Positions 29,395 through 32,885 of a DNA stretch of 32,885 nucleotides are shown here, piece after piece. The notes beneath the pieces were generated by a model. It had not been told where the DNA came from. It did no database searches and worked only from the letters and a program-made list of their open reading frames with translations. This DNA is from a candidate division WOR-3 bacterium (lineage in GTDB: Bacteria > Hydrothermota > Hydrothermia > Hydrothermales > Hydrothermaceae), in contig JBDRZD010000014.1 of NCBI GenBank assembly GCA_039803745.1, positions 1 to 32,885 on the forward strand, in the 5' to 3' direction. Position numbers and translations under genes: made by a program. Every line of letters begins with the position of its first letter. The stretch's first letter is position 1.

Positions 29395-31282
29395 AACCTT
29401 TTAATTCCTCCTTGAAAATTTTTATAAATTTCTCTATTTCAAATATCCCTTTTTCTCCTTCCTTATGTTTTCTTATAGAAATTTTATTCTCTTCTTTTTC
29501 CTTTTTACCTATTATTACCATATAAGGAATCTTTTCATTTTCAGCATTTCTTATTTTATAAGAGATTCTTTCATTTGATAAATCAATGTCTACTCTCATT
29601 CCTTCTTTTCTAAATATTTCTAATATCTTTTCTGCATAATCATTTACCTCTTCGCTCAAAGTTAAAATTCTTATCTGAATTGGAGCAAGCCATAAGGGAA
29701 AATTCCCCTCATAATGTTCAATTAAAAGCCCAAAAAATCTTTCAAAAGAGCCTATTAATGCCCTGTGAATTAAATAGGGAGTTTTATCCTTTCCATCTTT
29801 ATCTCTATATTTAACTTCAAATCTTTCAGGTATATTAAAATCAAACTGTATTGTTGTGCATTGCCATTTCCTCTTTAATGCATCCTCTATTAAAATGTCT
29901 ATTTTTGGCCCGTAAAAGGCACCTTCACCTTCTTCTATTTTAAAATCAAGCTCTTTTTCCCTTACTGCTTCTATTAAAGAATTAGTCGCAATCTCCCACA
30001 TCCTTTCGTCACCCACATGTTCCTCAGGCATTGTTGATATATATACATAATATTTTTCAAATCCAAATTTTTTAAGTAAAAATAAGGCAAAATCTATAAC
30101 ATTTTTTATCTCTTCTTTAACATCTTCCTCCTTACAGAAAATATGAGCATCATCCTGAGTAAATCCTCTAACTCTTGTAAGTCCATGTAAAACACCGCTT
30201 CTTTCAAATCTATAAACATTTCCAAATTCAAAAATTCTAAAAGGTAAATCTCTATATGATCTTATTTTGGATTTATAAATTTGAATATGGAATGGGCAGT
30301 TCATCGGTTTTACAAAATAACTTTCATTCTCACTTATTTTCATTTCAGGAAACATATTTTCAATATAAAAATCAAGATGTCCTGATTTTTTCCAGAGTTC
30401 TTTTTTACCAATATGAGGTGTGATTGCAGGCAAATAACCTCTTTTTATATGCTCTTCATAAAGGAAATTCTCAATTATTTTTCTTATAATAGCACCTTTT
30501 GGAAACCATATAGGAAGTGCAGGTCCTATTTCTTCTGAAAAGGAAATCAGTTCAAGTTCTTTTCCAAGTTTTCTGTGGTCTCTTTTTTTTGCTTCTTCAT
30601 AAAATATTAAAAATTCCTCTATTTGTTTTTTTGAAGGAAAAGAAACTCCATAAATTCTTTGCATACTTTCATTTCTTTCATCACCACGCCAGTAGCATCC
30701 AGAAGAAGAAAGCACCTTTATCTCCTTTATGATTCCTGTGCTCTTTACATGTGGCCCTTTACATAAATCCATAAAATTTCCATGCTTATAAATTGTTATT
30801 TTTTTATCCTTTATCTCTTCTATGAGTTCAAGTTTAAAGTTTTCTTTTAATTCCCGAAATATTTTTTTTGCTTCTTCATAACTTACTTCTATTTTATAAA
30901 GTTTTTCATCCCTTTTTATTATTTCTTTCATCCTTTCTTCTATTCTTTTAAGGTCTTCTTCTGTAAAGGGTTTTTCAACATAGAAATCATAATAAAAACC
31001 ATTTTCTATAGGAGGACCTATTCCAAGTTTTGCTTCAGGAAATAATTCTTTTACAGCATTTGCAAGAATATGAGAAGAGGTATGCCAGAATGCAAGTTTT
31101 CCTTCTTCAGAATTAAAATCACAAAGAATTATTTCTTCATTCCCTTTAATTTCATAAGAAAAATCAACAATTTCATTCCCTATTTTCCCACATAGATATT
31201 CTTCATTTAAAAATTCTTCTAATCTTTTTCCCTTCTCTACATTCTTTATTTTTCCGTCAGGATAGATTAACTTTGCTCCCAC
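29387..31282 (-). CDS. thrS: Threonine--tRNA ligase
   Basis: HT..H, GFYYDF, DLC.GPH, RDHRKLG, KPMNCP.H, RVRGFTQDDAH, AFYGPKID, HRA..GS.ERF; GTG start overlapping the pruA stop (TAGTG). Confidence 0.98.
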   Translation of the reverse strand: MGAKLIYPDGKIKNVEKGKRLEEFLNEEYLCGKIGNEIVDFSYEIKGNEEIILCDFNSEEGKLAFWHTSSHILANAVKELFPEAKLGIGPPIENGFYYDFYVEKPFTEEDLKRIEERMKEIIKRDEKLYKIEVSYEEAKKIFRELKENFKLELIEEIKDKKITIYKHGNFMDLCKGPHVKSTGIIKEIKVLSSSGCYWRGDERNESMQRIYGVSFPSKKQIEEFLIFYEEAKKRDHRKLGKELELISFSEEIGPALPIWFPKGAIIRKIIENFLYEEHIKRGYLPAITPHIGKKELWKKSGHLDFYIENMFPEMKISENESYFVKPMNCPFHIQIYKSKIRSYRDLPFRIFEFGNVYRFERSGVLHGLTRVRGFTQDDAHIFCKEEDVKEEIKNVIDFALFLLKKFGFEKYYVYISTMPEEHVGDERMWEIATNSLIEAVREKELDFKIEEGEGAFYGPKIDILIEDALKRKWQCTTIQFDFNIPERFEVKYRDKDGKDKTPYLIHRALIGSFERFFGLLIEHYEGNFPLWLAPIQIRILTLSEEVNDYAEKILEIFRKEGMRVDIDLSNERISYKIRNAENEKIPYMVIIGKKEKEENKISIRKHKEGEKGIFEIEKFIKIFKEELKGYG

Positions 31283-32829
31283 TATCTTATTTTTTCCGAT
31301 ACACTCTTACCTTGAAGGAAAAGAAGGAGATAATCCCTCCCTCCTGCCTTTGAATCAGTTCCTGACATATTAAATCCTCCAAAGGGATGAACATCAACAA
31401 GGGCACCTGTGCATTTTCTGTTTATGTATAAATTACCGCAATGGAAAATTTTTTTAGCCTTATAAATTTTTTCTCTATTCTTTGTATATACAGAGCCTGT
31501 AAGTCCATATATTGTATCATTTGCTATTTCAAGTGCATTTTCAAAATCTTTTGCCTTTATAACTGCAAGAACAGGACCAAAAATTTCTTCCTGTGCAATC
31601 CTTGCTTTTGGATCAACATCATAAAATACTGTTGGTTTTATATAAAATCCATTACCCTCTGCTTTTTCTCCACCTATTAAAAGTTTCCCCTCTTTTTTAC
31701 CTATTTCTATATATTCAAGTATTTTCCTTTCGCTTGCTTCATTTATCACGGGCCCCATAAAGTGGTTTTCCTTTGCAGGTCCTATACTTATCTTTTCCAC
31801 TTTTTCTTTTAAAATATCTAAAAATTCTTTATAAACTTTTTGATGAACTATTGCTCTTGAACATGCGGAGCATTTTTGACCTTGATATCCAAATGCAGAA
31901 ACAACAACTCCATTTACTGCATCTTCAAGGTCGCACTCATCATCAACAATTATTGCATCCTTGCCTCCCATCTCTGCTATAACTCTTTTAAGCCATATCT
32001 GCCCTTCCTGAACCTTTGCTGCAAGTTCGTATATATGACATCCAACCTCTTTTGAACCTGTAAATGCAACAAATCTTGTTTTTGGATGGGCAACAAGATA
32101 ATCTCCAACTCTTCCACCAGGACCTGTTAAGAAGTTTAAAATTCCATCAGGTAATCCTGCTTCTTTCATTATTTCATAAAATCTGTATCCTGTTAAAGGT
32201 GAATCCGATGACGGCTTTAAAACAATAGTATTTCCTGTTACTATTGCTGCTGATGACATTCCTGATAGTATTGCAAGCGGGAAATTCCAAGGAGGTATTA
32301 CAACTCCTGCTCCTAAGGGTATATAAAAATATTCATTTATTTCTCCTGGATAAGGAGTTAAAGGTTGGGGCTGTGAATATCTTAACATCTCCCTTCCATA
32401 AAATTCAAAATAATCTATTGTTTCTGCAACATCAGCATCTGCCTCCGCCCAGTTTTTTCCAACTTCCAGAACCATTGTTGCAGCAAGTTCAAACTTTCTT
32501 TTTCTTGCAATTTCTGCTGCTTTAAACAAAATATTAGCCTTTTCTTCTGGTGGAAAGAATTGCCAATCCTTAAACGCTTTCCACGCACTTTCAAGAGCCT
32601 TTTCTGCATCTTCTTCATCAGCCTTTTGAGCAAGGCAAACTATTTCATCTTTATTTGAAGGGTTGATTGATTTTATCTTTTCCTTTTTGTAAACCTCTTT
32701 TCCATTTATGATAAGTGGAATTTCTCTTCCCATTTCCTTTTCAATTTTTTCAATTGCTTTAAGCATTTTTTCTTTATTTTCAGGTAAATTGAAATCTGTA
32801 AAGGGTTCATTTTTAAAAGGTAAAATCAT
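31282..32829 (-). CDS. pruA: L-glutamate gamma-semialdehyde (1-pyrroline-5-carboxylate) dehydrogenase
   Basis: F.NEP.TDF, PWNFPLAI, FTGS, EMGGK, GQKCSACSR, EEIFGP, NRKCTGA.V..HPFGG..MSG...KAGG.DYL. Confidence 0.93.
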   Translation of the reverse strand: MILPFKNEPFTDFNLPENKEKMLKAIEKIEKEMGREIPLIINGKEVYKKEKIKSINPSNKDEIVCLAQKADEEDAEKALESAWKAFKDWQFFPPEEKANILFKAAEIARKRKFELAATMVLEVGKNWAEADADVAETIDYFEFYGREMLRYSQPQPLTPYPGEINEYFYIPLGAGVVIPPWNFPLAILSGMSSAAIVTGNTIVLKPSSDSPLTGYRFYEIMKEAGLPDGILNFLTGPGGRVGDYLVAHPKTRFVAFTGSKEVGCHIYELAAKVQEGQIWLKRVIAEMGGKDAIIVDDECDLEDAVNGVVVSAFGYQGQKCSACSRAIVHQKVYKEFLDILKEKVEKISIGPAKENHFMGPVINEASERKILEYIEIGKKEGKLLIGGEKAEGNGFYIKPTVFYDVDPKARIAQEEIFGPVLAVIKAKDFENALEIANDTIYGLTGSVYTKNREKIYKAKKIFHCGNLYINRKCTGALVDVHPFGGFNMSGTDSKAGGRDYLLLFLQGKSVSEKIR

Positions 32830-32853
32830 ATTTTCCTCCTTTTAAAGAAAAAA

Positions 32854-32883
32854 ATTATAAACTTTTAAGAAAATTTAAGTCAA
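32854..32883 (-). promoter_or_regulatory. sigma70-type promoter for pruA-thrS-infC
   Basis: Minus strand: TTGACT (32883-32878), 18-nt spacer, TATAAT (32859-32854); AGGAGG RBS at 32840-32835. Confidence 0.7.
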
Positions 32884-32885
32884 TT

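Noticed and set aside
9399..31282. Threonine-themed clustering (asd, tRNA-Thr, tsaC, thrS)
   Set aside because: The genes are in different transcription units spread over 20 kb; most likely coincidence.
4249..32633. Short antisense or alternate-frame ORFs overlapping called genes
   Set aside because: F/S/I/L-rich mirror translations of K/E-rich genes, with no motifs or RBS.

Overview
A densely packed chromosomal segment of mostly core genes from a low-GC bacterium. Coding DNA is about 25-35% GC by spot counts, while the rRNA is about 55-65% GC. Proteins are K/E/I-rich and a TolC is present, so the organism is probably a thermophilic diderm; a WOR-3/Hydrothermia-like lineage is a guess, not a demonstrated assignment. 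In order, the window holds: (1) a 23S rRNA gene (- strand) with its own perfect sigma70 promoter, a boxA-like site and a perfect 30-bp terminal stem, with no 16S upstream; (2) a B12-binding radical SAM gene, then a STAS / TPR / HAMP-PP2C / barrel-TPR signalling cluster that converges on an RpoD-like sigma factor; (3) a 9-gene minus-strand run pilMNOP-glmS-multi-ACT protein-sucC-asd-sigma; (4) an SPFH-Yip1-MacB-TolC-MacA-ATPase export operon; (5) tRNA-Thr(GGT), a TsaC-LMW phosphatase fusion, purM, gyrA and a hypothetical gene; (6) pruA-thrS-infC on the - strand. No CRISPR array, transposase, integrase or prophage was seen. The best leads are the kinase-less partner-switching cluster, ultra-short signal peptides on predicted envelope proteins, the stand-alone multi-ACT protein, and the unlinked 23S gene with rewritten helix 71 and extended helix 25. 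All protein calls come from motif recognition by eye, without database searches.
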